From Terriglobales bacterium (GTDB lineage: Bacteria > Acidobacteriota > Terriglobia > Terriglobales > Acidobacteriaceae), in NCBI GenBank assembly GCA_036511435.1, contig DATCCF010000088.1:1-46361 (forward strand): 46,361 nt of DNA, written 5' to 3'. A model generated the notes under the pieces. It saw nothing but the letters and a program-made list of their open reading frames with translations, searched no databases and was not told the origin of the DNA. Shown in pieces: positions 27,286 through 36,092 of this stretch. The first letter of the stretch is position 1, and each line of letters begins with the position of its first letter. Position numbers and translations under genes: made by a program.

Positions 27286-30144
27286 ATGTTCTCTTGGATT
27301 CCGATCTACACCGAGTTGGCGAAGAAACTCCTGCCGTATCGCGATCGCCAGAGCGAACTCATCGAAATGCTCAAAGCGCTGGAGGCCGACGGAATTCCTG
27401 TCGGCTCCATAGTGGACCGCGACAACGAAGGGAAGGAAATTCCGCTCGCGGTAATTGATCCCTTCACCTTTTACGCTTCATTCAACCGTGGCCTCACGAC
27501 GGACAACAGGAGACGAATATTGGCCTATCTCAAGACCAAGTTCGATCTCGAATCAGAAGTTCCTGCTGATTTCGAGGGAATCCCAGTGGTCGACGCGAGG
27601 CGTGCGTGGTTCTTTCCTTACAAGAACAAGCGCAAATCCGATGACATATCGAGTCTCTGGGCGCTCGGTGAAGCAGTCGTACAAGGCCCTCCGGAAGATC
27701 TCGACTCAAAACTCTTCGAGCGGTGTCTCCAAGTGGAGACAGTTGGCCCTGCAAAACTAACGATGGGCATGTTTTGGCTCAATCCAAAACGGTATATCGC
27801 ATGCGATTCGAATTGCCGCAAGTTTTTCAAACTCAAAGGCATCGACGGCGAGGTTGAAACCCTATCGTCTTACCTGCAATTGGTGAAGAACGTGAACGCA
27901 AAGCTCGGTACCGAATACCCAGAGATTTCTCGAACCGCGTGGGAAACGGCCAATCCGGGAGATAAGGAGATAAACCGTGATAAACCTCCACAATTCGCTA
28001 TCACACCGCAGCAGCTCGAGAAGTTGTGGACGCGCTTCAATAAACGTATCTCTGGATTTACCGACTTTGGATCACCTGGTGATCGTTTCCACGAGGAGGA
28101 GTTGGACTACAAGCGGAACGCCCTGAAGCGTTACGAAGAGGAAATCGGCAATGCGCAGTTGCGAAAGTTAGTTCAGGCGGGGCAAGGCAATAAAGCTCGC
28201 GAGGAAATAAGCAGGCGCATCACGACGAATCTCGTGGCATATCAGTCCTGGCGGCCGAGTATTGGTTCTGACGATGAGAAAAGCTCTGTAGTGCTCAGGG
28301 CGTTCCTCGATGCGGCTGAAACTCCGTATGCTGGGCCATCAACAGTTGAGCCCATTGTCCAAGCCATTGTCGCGCAGGGGATGACTCCACATTGGGATAC
28401 GCTGTCTACGCTCCTATGGGCCATGCGTCCCTCCGACTATTTTCCGGTGAAAATCAAATACTACCGAAAACTGGCGGAGGAACTGGGACATCCTCTTCCC
28501 GATGGGCCGCCCACGGGCGAGAGATTCGATCAAGTATTGAGATTTGGTCAGGCATTCTGGCGAGCATTAGAGGCGCAGAATCCAGCGGACTGGGTTGATG
28601 TTCAGAGCTTTATCTGGGTCGTCTGCCCGACGAGTTACAAAGATGGGACAGCGGGCCCAGAGCAACCAAGCAATGAATCTGAGGAAGAATCGACCATCCT
28701 CAATGACGAATCAAGCGCCATGAATCTCATCCTGTACGGACCGCCGGGTACTGGCAAGACATACGAGACAATCGAGCGCGCAGTGAAGGTCATCGACCCA
28801 GCTTTTGCTCGGGAAAACTCGGGGAACCGCGTGGCGCAAAAGCGGCGATTCGACGAGCTGGTTCTGCAAGGGCAGGTCGAGTTCATCACGTTTCATCAGT
28901 CGTATTCCTATGAGGACTTCGTCGAAGGCATCCGGCCTGTTCTGGATGCGGATGAGGAAGGTGGTCCGCCTCGATACGAATGTCGACCGGGCGCCTTCAA
29001 GCGACTGGCATTCAATGCCCTATTCGATTGCCTTGAAAGGGCTGAGGCGGCTAAAGGGCTCGTTCCTTTCGATGCTCTGTGGAAAGCACTGCTTGCAAAG
29101 ATCGAATCGGATCCCGAAGCCAAGTACCGAGGATTATCAGACAAAACATCTTACCAATTGGCCCTGACTCAGAAGGGGAACATCGAGGGCGTCAATGTCC
29201 TGAGCGACAAGAAGTTCCTTTGCTCCCGCAAAATCCTCGAGCAAGTGTTTGATGCGAAGCGAAGCCAGGATGCCGTCACCGTTTCTGAAGTAATGGAAGT
29301 TGTGGCGCGCGGATGTCATTCGCAATTGGTGGCCGCGGTTTTTAACGAATTGCGCCGAATAGAGAAATCGCAGTTTCGGGGAAAGGTCCAACCCCCACGG
29401 CCCACGGCTCACACGGAGGACGAAAAAGCGGAAATTGTGCAGCGCTTTCTCGCCGAAGGTGAAAAGAGCGGGTACCAGTTAAAGCCTGAATCTCATTGGA
29501 ACCGATTTGTTTTGGTCATCGATGAAATTAACCGTGGCAACATCAGCAAGATACTCGGCGAACTCATCACCCTAATCGAGCCCGACAAGCGGCTTCGGAC
29601 AGGAGACAACCAAAACAGCTTAGTCGTAACCCTACCCTACTCCGGCGAGAAGTTTGCTGTTCCAGCCAATCTGTACGTCGTGGGAACAATGAACACTGCT
29701 GACAAGAGCATAGCCCTCGTAGACGTAGCCCTTCGGCGGCGATTCGAGTTTGAGGAATTACGGGTGGATCTGACGTTGTGTAGCGGCTTGAGCGAAAAGA
29801 TGCGATCGGTCCTTCAGGAACTCAACCGACGAATCGCTCTACGCAAGGATCGGGACCACCAGATTGGACACGCGTATTTCATCAGAGTGGAGGATGAGGC
29901 GCGCTTTAATCAGTGTTTCCGAAAGCAGATCATCCCCCTTTTGCAGGAGTATTTTTACAACGACTGGGACGGGCTCCGGTACGTCCTCGGTGAGAACTCG
30001 GGAACCGTGGATGGTGGGTTCATCCGCAAAATCAGCGGCGCTGATGTCAAAGAAGCCCGGACGAAGTGGCAGTGGTTCTTCGACGCGGATGCAGGCGATA
30101 TAGGTTGCTTGCAGACGCTGTGCAGTAGCTACTCAATCGTTTAA
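27286..30144 (+). CDS. mcrB: McrB-family AAA+ GTPase with a long (~480 aa) N-terminal region
   Basis: Walker A LILYGPPGTGKTYE, Walker B FVLVIDEINRGNISKILGELITLIEPDKR, and the McrB signature GTMNTADKSIALVDVALRRRFEF. Confidence 0.85.
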   Translation: MFSWIPIYTELAKKLLPYRDRQSELIEMLKALEADGIPVGSIVDRDNEGKEIPLAVIDPFTFYASFNRGLTTDNRRRILAYLKTKFDLESEVPADFEGIPVVDARRAWFFPYKNKRKSDDISSLWALGEAVVQGPPEDLDSKLFERCLQVETVGPAKLTMGMFWLNPKRYIACDSNCRKFFKLKGIDGEVETLSSYLQLVKNVNAKLGTEYPEISRTAWETANPGDKEINRDKPPQFAITPQQLEKLWTRFNKRISGFTDFGSPGDRFHEEELDYKRNALKRYEEEIGNAQLRKLVQAGQGNKAREEISRRITTNLVAYQSWRPSIGSDDEKSSVVLRAFLDAAETPYAGPSTVEPIVQAIVAQGMTPHWDTLSTLLWAMRPSDYFPVKIKYYRKLAEELGHPLPDGPPTGERFDQVLRFGQAFWRALEAQNPADWVDVQSFIWVVCPTSYKDGTAGPEQPSNESEEESTILNDESSAMNLILYGPPGTGKTYETIERAVKVIDPAFARENSGNRVAQKRRFDELVLQGQVEFITFHQSYSYEDFVEGIRPVLDADEEGGPPRYECRPGAFKRLAFNALFDCLERAEAAKGLVPFDALWKALLAKIESDPEAKYRGLSDKTSYQLALTQKGNIEGVNVLSDKKFLCSRKILEQVFDAKRSQDAVTVSEVMEVVARGCHSQLVAAVFNELRRIEKSQFRGKVQPPRPTAHTEDEKAEIVQRFLAEGEKSGYQLKPESHWNRFVLVIDEINRGNISKILGELITLIEPDKRLRTGDNQNSLVVTLPYSGEKFAVPANLYVVGTMNTADKSIALVDVALRRRFEFEELRVDLTLCSGLSEKMRSVLQELNRRIALRKDRDHQIGHAYFIRVEDEARFNQCFRKQIIPLLQEYFYNDWDGLRYVLGENSGTVDGGFIRKISGADVKEARTKWQWFFDADAGDIGCLQTLCSSYSIV

Positions 30145-30150
30145 CTCGCC

Positions 30151-31548
30151 TTGGAGGGCGCTCTGCCGAGAGAGATACGGCTCTGTGAATGGTCGCGGGC
30201 AGATCACGGACTGAGCGCCGACGTGTGCCGCGACATCGATGCGGCTGCAGAGGCTTGGCGTATCCTCAACGGTTTGTCCGTCTCGCCGCTCTCCTTTGCT
30301 GGGCCGGATGGCCAACAGCTTTGTGCCCGGCAATACGTGGGTGTAATCGAGGTGGACGAGGTTGCGCTTGAAATCTACCCAAAGCTCGATGCTGCTTTGA
30401 TCGAGGTCAGCGAAAGACAGCCATTATCGTCTGCCACGACGATTGATTCGGTGATGCGCAATCTCTTGTGGATGCTGGAGGTCGCTGATCATCGCGATCT
30501 CGCCGAGACCGCAACTGCGCACCTTGAGGAGGCGCCTACCTCATTTTTCGATCTGTTCGCCTACTTGCTCGGGAAGAACCTTTTGCCTGAACTGGAGCGG
30601 GGCGTCGCCCATGCCTATGTAAAATTCACAGACGATCTCAAGGCCGTACGTGGGCGGATCGACCTCGTCGAACAGGTGACCAGAAACTGGAACCGGCTCG
30701 ACCGGGTGTTGTGCGCCTGGGATGAATTCACGTTGGACACCGCGATTAATCGCCTTTTCAAGTGCGCCTGCCGATTCCTATCCGAACGGGTGAACTATTT
30801 GGAGGCATCACGTCTGCTTCTGGATTGCCAGGCACTAATGGGCGAGGTCGAAGATGTTTCTCCCGCCACCGCGCTGTCGGGCGTTTGGAATTTGCGGTTT
30901 GACCGGTCTATGGAGCGGTTCAGAACAGCTTTCGATCTTGCCCGACGGCTACTAGCAGGGATCGGGCACAACCTCGGTGTGGGCAGTGCCAATACATTTG
31001 TTTTCCTGTTAGACATGAACCAAGTTTTCGAGAACTACGTGCACGCTGTGCTGGAATCGCACTTCAACACTGCCGTAGAAGAGCAAAAATACGTCGGTAA
31101 ACTCCTCGAAGTCCGCGCGGGAGGGATTTCTCAGCTGGCAGACTACTACTGGCGGCACGAAACAACCATTTGGATCGGCGATGCCAAATACAAACACCTG
31201 GCAAAGGGCCTGCAACGTGCGCTGCGTTTTAGTGACTTGGAAGGCGAACAGAACGGGGTGGACGAGGCAGCTCCTCTGGCAGGTCATGTCCTGAGCCCAG
31301 CGGACGTCCGACAGCTTACCGTCTATGCCGAGCTAGTCCGGCGGCGGGAACGAATGGCAACGACTCCAGACCTGATGTTGCTTTATCCGTTTGTCGGTCC
31401 TCCCGCCGAATGCATCCCAGACAGAGTCGCTGCATGGAATGGATCCACGTTTTGGCTCATGCCGGTCCTCGTGCGAGCTCAGGACTTCGTCGGTACCGCA
31501 ATTCGATTTCCCGTCTTCGAAGCCCCAGCAATCGACCCTGTCCCGTAG
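30151..31548 (+). CDS. mcrC: McrC-like nuclease subunit
   Basis: Starts (TTG) 7 nt after mcrB. C-terminal PD-(D/E)xK-like IWIGDAKYKHL, typical of McrC. Confidence 0.8.
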   Translation: MEGALPREIRLCEWSRADHGLSADVCRDIDAAAEAWRILNGLSVSPLSFAGPDGQQLCARQYVGVIEVDEVALEIYPKLDAALIEVSERQPLSSATTIDSVMRNLLWMLEVADHRDLAETATAHLEEAPTSFFDLFAYLLGKNLLPELERGVAHAYVKFTDDLKAVRGRIDLVEQVTRNWNRLDRVLCAWDEFTLDTAINRLFKCACRFLSERVNYLEASRLLLDCQALMGEVEDVSPATALSGVWNLRFDRSMERFRTAFDLARRLLAGIGHNLGVGSANTFVFLLDMNQVFENYVHAVLESHFNTAVEEQKYVGKLLEVRAGGISQLADYYWRHETTIWIGDAKYKHLAKGLQRALRFSDLEGEQNGVDEAAPLAGHVLSPADVRQLTVYAELVRRRERMATTPDLMLLYPFVGPPAECIPDRVAAWNGSTFWLMPVLVRAQDFVGTAIRFPVFEAPAIDPVP

Positions 31549-31742
31549 AAATCGGCATCGTAATCTTGGCAGATCGCGCAGCCGTTCTCTGACGTTGGTC
31601 TATGCCTTGCTGAACACAGGCTGGGATAGTGAGTTAGGAATTCTCATAGTCTTCAAAGTAATCGGCCACCAGAATGAAAACCATGGCATCGCCAGCGTAG
31701 CGGACGCTGTGCGACTTTTCAGAAATGCAGACACATAGCCTT

Positions 31743-32354
31743 CTAAGATTCCGTTACGCAAACTGCCTTAATCCCAAACCGTTCGACTATCTTCACCACC
31801 TCATCGCCGGGTAGAGATCTTGCCGATGTCTGGTCCGACCATTGTGTACCGCTTTTGAGCGGCTTCAGCGGCGCTAAACTCGTTGAGGCTACCTCGCGGG
31901 CAACGGCCTCGATCGCCGGCCAATGCTGCAGAACCAACTCCGCTGCTCGCTGCTGCAGGAGTTCATGCACCTCGGGAACGGTCCTCTTGCCCAGGTACTG
32001 CCTTGAAAGATTGGTTTCTATTCCGCGCGCCTCTTTCGAGTCCGGGCTCAAAGTAACTTCGAGGTCGTCGGGCAATGGGCAAGAATAGCCATGCTCCTCG
32101 CAGAATCGCTTCTGCGCTAAATACCCGGCAACGGTGGCAACGATAATGGACTCTTTCGACTCGTCGGACTCGTCCGGTTCCTTGTAGAAGCAGGCAAGGC
32201 CCCACGCACCCTTATCGACCATTATTCCTTCCGGGCGCAACCGCAATCCCATTGCTGCCGCTATCACAATGTGTCCGGCTTCATGATGGGCTGCAATGGT
32301 CAACCTCGTGTCCAAATTGTCGGTTTTAGCCGCAACTTGCTCGCCACGTTCCAT
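31743..32354 (-). CDS. stand-alone HEAGH zinc-metallopeptidase (FtsH/M41-like catalytic domain)
   Basis: TIAAHHEAGHIVIAAAMG resembles the M41 HEAGH motif. 203 aa, with no AAA+ or TM part. Starts 45 nt after the reconstructed HNH stop. Confidence 0.6.
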   Translation of the reverse strand: MERGEQVAAKTDNLDTRLTIAAHHEAGHIVIAAAMGLRLRPEGIMVDKGAWGLACFYKEPDESDESKESIIVATVAGYLAQKRFCEEHGYSCPLPDDLEVTLSPDSKEARGIETNLSRQYLGKRTVPEVHELLQQRAAELVLQHWPAIEAVAREVASTSLAPLKPLKSGTQWSDQTSARSLPGDEVVKIVERFGIKAVCVTES

Positions 32355-32399
32355 GTCCCCATGATAATGCCCGCCACAATGCGGTTCACTGAGCGGTCA

Positions 32400-32508
32400 T
32401 CAATCTCCCGGTCTGCTCGATCCCTTTTCGGAGTTGCACCACCAATGCACGGCTTGGATGTTTTCCGAATGGTCATCTCGCCAGGCTCCTCCCATTCCTT
32501 TCGGGTGT
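32400..32508 (-). pseudogene. 3' fragment of the HNH endonuclease gene split by the Tn7-like insertion
   Basis: After removing 32514-44339 and one CTGTG copy, this reads in frame as RHPKGMGGAWRDDHSENIQAVHWWCNSEKGSSRPGD, with the stop (TGA) at 32400-32402. Confidence 0.8.
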
Positions 32509-32513
32509 CTGTG

Positions 32514-32563
32514 TGTGATTTAAACCATAAAGTTGCCGTTTGGCAGCGTTATGCTTTAAATGG
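32514..32563. repeat. Tn7-like left end: terminal site followed by an inverted copy
   Basis: TTTAAACCATAAAGTTGCCG (32519-32538), then tt, then TGGCAGCGTTATGCTTTAAA (32541-32560). The arms are complementary at 16/20. Confidence 0.7.
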
Positions 32564-32715
32564 TGCCGATGTGCTGGGCCAGCCCGCGACGGCGCCATTG
32601 CACACGACTGAGATTCGGAGCTGCATCGCGCGGGCGCCAGCAACGCGGAGATCGCGCGTCGGCTCCCTACCGGCCGCATCTCGGTGCGTCGTATCATTAA
32701 GGAAAGGATTCGCTG

Positions 32716-33096
32716 ATGAGCCATTCGTCGATGGAATTTCACAAGATCTGGATCGAACAATGCGCGGCCACCGAAGACATCCGTGAGCAGTTCGGGGCGA
32801 AAAACGCGTTGGACTATCTGATCGGGGAGAAGCTTTTTACGTTCGTGATGGCATCGGAGCAGGACTCCGAGTTCGCTGCGCAGTTGCCGGCATTCGTCGC
32901 CGCTATTCAGGGGCTGTTTTCCGCCGAGGAGATTCGTGCCTATCTCGACCATCTGGAGAGCGCGAAGTTTCTGGCTTCGCCTGAGGCGGAGATCGAGGAC
33001 GAGGACGAAGAAGAACCTTGGCCGGCAAATCCCGTGCTGGGCGCAGCGGAGCTGTTGCGTTTTTCGCGCATCCGCCAGCTGCTACAGTCTTGCTGA
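32716..33096 (+). CDS. acidic hypothetical protein (transposon cargo)
   Basis: 126-aa ORF with an EIEDEDEEE tract. No family recognised. Confidence 0.45.
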   Translation: MSHSSMEFHKIWIEQCAATEDIREQFGAKNALDYLIGEKLFTFVMASEQDSEFAAQLPAFVAAIQGLFSAEEIRAYLDHLESAKFLASPEAEIEDEDEEEPWPANPVLGAAELLRFSRIRQLLQSC

Positions 33097-33486
33097 CGGT
33101 CCGCGACAAAAAAGCCGTGGCCAAACCCAAGCGAGACCGCCTCCGCGAGGAACGAATCCACAACGAAGTCATCGTCGACGCCTATGGGCCGGAAGAGCAA
33201 GCTCTGGGCTGGTATTACTTCCTGGAAGATAAGCTACGATTCCCTTTCCCCGCCCGCTGCATCTCGGCCAAGGTGGTGTCGCCGCTCCGCAAGGGAGAAA
33301 CCGTCGAGGTCCTCCGCATGGCGCCCGAAAGATGCGTGTGCCGGCGACATGCTGGTGTTGATTCGCTGGCAGGGACGCAATGTCGCAGTTCCTCTGTCCC
33401 AACTAGTTGCCATTGACGCGGATGAATCTACCCTCGAGGCCATCGGCGACTGGCACTACTGGCTGGCGCAGGGCTACTGTTTCTGA
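33090..33486 (+). pseudogene. frameshifted conserved small protein (family often annotated 'calcium-binding', from memory)
   Basis: Frame 0 gives ...IVDAYGPEEQALGWYYFLEDKLRFPFPARCISAKVVSPLRKGETVEVLRMAPE. The +1 frame continues DACAGDMLVLIRWQGRNVAVPLSQLVAIDADESTLEAIGDWHYWLAQGYCF. The shift is near 33328-33335. The start (TTG 33090) is uncertain. Confidence 0.5.
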
Positions 33487-33539
33487 GTCAGGCAGCCCCG
33501 TTGAGAGTTACGCATGCGGGCTGGATATCGAAGACGCGT

Positions 33540-34094
33540 ATGGCAAAACGTCAGTCGAAATCGCAAACCACGTGGGCTGATGTCAAAGCCAAGCTCGCCG
33601 CTTTTGACCGGGGGGCCTTGCTGGACTTGATTCACCATCTCTATGCCGCGCACAAAGATAACCAGGCCTTCCTTCATGCCCGCTTTGGCTTGGGCGAGGA
33701 TGTGCTCGAACCCTATAAGAAGACCATCGATCGCTGGCTTTGGCCCGACGTGTTTCGGAACCAGGACACATCCGTCTCCCAGGCGAAACGGGCCATTGCC
33801 GATTACAGAAAGGCGGTGGGTGACCCCGCGGGACTCGCCGAGTTGATGGTTTTCTACTGCGAGCAGGCCGCTGGGTTCTGTCGGGATATCGGCTATCAAG
33901 AGGAAGAATATTTCGACGCCTTGGTTCGCATGTTTGAACAAGCCATCAGATCGACCAACACGCTATCCGCTACCGGCCGCGACGGCTTGATCGCGCGCTT
34001 AGACCGTGTGCGGGAAATCAGTCATTCGTTTGGCTACGGCGTCGAAGATGACATGGATTTCCTTCTCGCGAAGTACACCAGGCGTTCCGGCTGA
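33540..34094 (+). CDS. hypothetical protein (transposon cargo)
   Basis: ATG at 33540 (MAKRQSKSQ...). Helical-looking 184-aa product. Its 3' end overlaps the convergent tniQ ORF by 96 nt. Confidence 0.5.
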   Translation: MAKRQSKSQTTWADVKAKLAAFDRGALLDLIHHLYAAHKDNQAFLHARFGLGEDVLEPYKKTIDRWLWPDVFRNQDTSVSQAKRAIADYRKAVGDPAGLAELMVFYCEQAAGFCRDIGYQEEEYFDALVRMFEQAIRSTNTLSATGRDGLIARLDRVREISHSFGYGVEDDMDFLLAKYTRRSG

Positions 34095-36092
34095 TAAGCT
34101 AGCGAGTTCATCGATTACCCTTGGCGGGGAGAACCCAGTGCAGTTGTGCGGGCCTGTCGCAAGCACATTGCGCGCTTCACGAACCGCCGAGGAAATGGTC
34201 TTCCAGTCGCAGCGAGATCTTTCGGGAAGCCGCTCAACGACTCTTTCTACTGACGGGTACATGCCCCTACTTTGAAGTTCAACGGCAATGGCATGGATGT
34301 CGTGAAACAACCGTTCACGTCGGTGCGCTGTCTTAGCCGAGACGAACCGCCGGTGCTGCTCGATGATCATTCGCGCCCCAGCCGGGAAGTGCTTGTTCAT
34401 GAACGGTACCGTAACATCGAGTCGCCTGCAGACGGCTCGCAAAGATGGCGCCGGAGTTTCCCGGAGCGCCGCCATCGCTTCCTTCTCCAGACCAGATCTG
34501 CGCTTCGCAATGTAGAACCTGTATTGCGCCATGAGTTGATCGCATAGAGTGGGTTCATGCCTGCGTAGAATGGCTGAGTGCGAATAGCCGACACGGTGGC
34601 TCAAATCCGTGAGGGTCGGCGGTGGATGTTTGTGGAGCGCGTTTCTTAAGGTCCGGCGCAGACTTTGGAGACGATCTTGTTTCGCCTGTACGATCTTCTT
34701 GCCGATGGCTGCACATAGCTCTGGGAATTTTTGTTGAATATAGCCACTGTTTGGATGTTCAAGGCGTACAGCAATCTGATGAACTGAGGTTGGTTCGGTC
34801 GAGCTGAGAGACTGCTCTAAGATTTCCTTCAGTAGAGTCTCACACACTCTGGGCGCTCCAGGTTTCTTCCACCAATGACGCCCGCCCGACTGTCGATATC
34901 GGGCAGTGATTTTGTAGCAGATCGCTCGGTCGACTTCATAAAGGCTGTACGTGGTTGTGTAGCCCAGTCTGCGCGCAATCTCTGTGACGCTGAGCGGCAC
35001 GGCATCATCAAATGCTGCCAGAAGAGCTCGCCGAATTTCGAATGCATGCCGGGATGGGGACACAGAGCGCTTTCCTCTGATGGCAACCGCTTGCTTTGCG
35101 GCGGCTATGTTCGTGGGCGTCGGTCCCAACGGAGCATAGAAGCTAGAAATCGGAACATTCAAGTATCGAGCGATTCGCAGCAGGTTTTCGAGTCGAGGGA
35201 GTGCTGCACCAGCCAGCCAACTGTGCAGCATAGAATGGGGACACCGAACGTACTCTGCGAGGGCGAGGACATTGCCGCCTGCAACCTCTTCGAGATACAC
35301 GATGAGGCTTCGGCGAAGTGATTCCCGGGCAGCCACCGGGTCGACCCGGGGAAGCATCGCCAGCAGCCCTCCTACTTGGGTACAAGACCACGTTTGGTCT
35401 TCTCCGCTGGTCGAGCTAGGTTGTGACTGGTCACTGTCGGCATATGGCGCGCCCAACCAACCGCCACAGCGCTCGCAGAATCCCGGCTGGGAGAAAACGC
35501 CGAGTAGATTTAGCGCCCGCCCACAGCAAGGACAAGTGTGACTGAGCGGCCGCTGGTGTACCGGGCAATGGGATGACACTTTGATTGCCCAGAGAAGCGG
35601 CTCATAGACGGTTTGCCCGTTCAGCCGCCATTGTTCGAAACAGGGCGCGCACCAGGTCCGGTGCCGATGAAACAAATGATCAGGCAGCGCGTAGCGGAAC
35701 GGAAGGAGAGTGAGACACCGCAGGTCACGCCGGCTCGTCGCCACTTCCAGAGCGTGGACCCACTTTTTGGCACGGTCTGTAACGCCGTTAACCGTATAGC
35801 CACAAACTCGAAATCCATGTCCGCCGCGTCCGCCAGCTTTGGCCACCGGCGGGATGATCGCGCCTTGGGCATTCGGAACCTCTGAGAGCACCCGGCCTAC
35901 AAGGTCTCCAACGCTTACCGAGTGCGCTTCGGCAAGCCGGGCAACGTAGCCGCTCAGGCTCTCGACCAATGCGGTACCGATGCCAATCGGCTCAAGCGAA
36001 TAGAGCCGGCTTCTCGGCGGAATCGGCGAGCTTGAGAGTGACCACGAATCAAAGAGCGGCTGCACTTGCATCCATTTGTCCAATGACGTCAC
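33999..36092 (-). CDS. tniQ: TniQ/TnsD-family target-selection protein (697 aa)
   Basis: N-terminal TniQ pattern (PPRSRLYSLEPIGIGTALVESLSGYVARLAEAHSVSVGDLV) and a Cys cluster (CPVHQRPLSHTCPCCGRAL). Long C-terminal region with repeated HTH-like segments. The 3' end is uncertain because of the convergent overlap. Confidence 0.8.
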   Translation of the reverse strand: MTSLDKWMQVQPLFDSWSLSSSPIPPRSRLYSLEPIGIGTALVESLSGYVARLAEAHSVSVGDLVGRVLSEVPNAQGAIIPPVAKAGGRGGHGFRVCGYTVNGVTDRAKKWVHALEVATSRRDLRCLTLLPFRYALPDHLFHRHRTWCAPCFEQWRLNGQTVYEPLLWAIKVSSHCPVHQRPLSHTCPCCGRALNLLGVFSQPGFCERCGGWLGAPYADSDQSQPSSTSGEDQTWSCTQVGGLLAMLPRVDPVAARESLRRSLIVYLEEVAGGNVLALAEYVRCPHSMLHSWLAGAALPRLENLLRIARYLNVPISSFYAPLGPTPTNIAAAKQAVAIRGKRSVSPSRHAFEIRRALLAAFDDAVPLSVTEIARRLGYTTTYSLYEVDRAICYKITARYRQSGGRHWWKKPGAPRVCETLLKEILEQSLSSTEPTSVHQIAVRLEHPNSGYIQQKFPELCAAIGKKIVQAKQDRLQSLRRTLRNALHKHPPPTLTDLSHRVGYSHSAILRRHEPTLCDQLMAQYRFYIAKRRSGLEKEAMAALRETPAPSLRAVCRRLDVTVPFMNKHFPAGARMIIEQHRRFVSAKTAHRRERLFHDIHAIAVELQSRGMYPSVERVVERLPERSRCDWKTISSAVREARNVLATGPHNCTGFSPPRVIDELASLSAGTPGVLREKEIHVIFDAVAKRMTDFPHTV

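Noticed and set aside
31634-31742. Short minus-strand reading ..EKSHSVRYAGDAMVFILVADYFEDYENS-stop that resembles a RelE/ParE-type toxin C-terminus
   Set aside because: It spans only ~30 codons with no plausible start or partner antitoxin. The resemblance is too weak to call without a profile search.
32541-32563. The inverted site copy at the left end as the right end of a second, abutting Tn7-like element
   Set aside because: It is followed by TGGTG rather than the ACCACA terminus. No second set of tns genes or duplication is evident. It is kept only as an architectural oddity.
32473-32952. 159-aa ORF on the minus strand spanning the transposon left end
   Set aside because: It crosses the element/flank junction and runs antisense to the cargo ORF 32716..33096. 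The only meaningful coding at its downstream end (32400-32508) is the HNH 3' fragment, which lies in a different reading frame.
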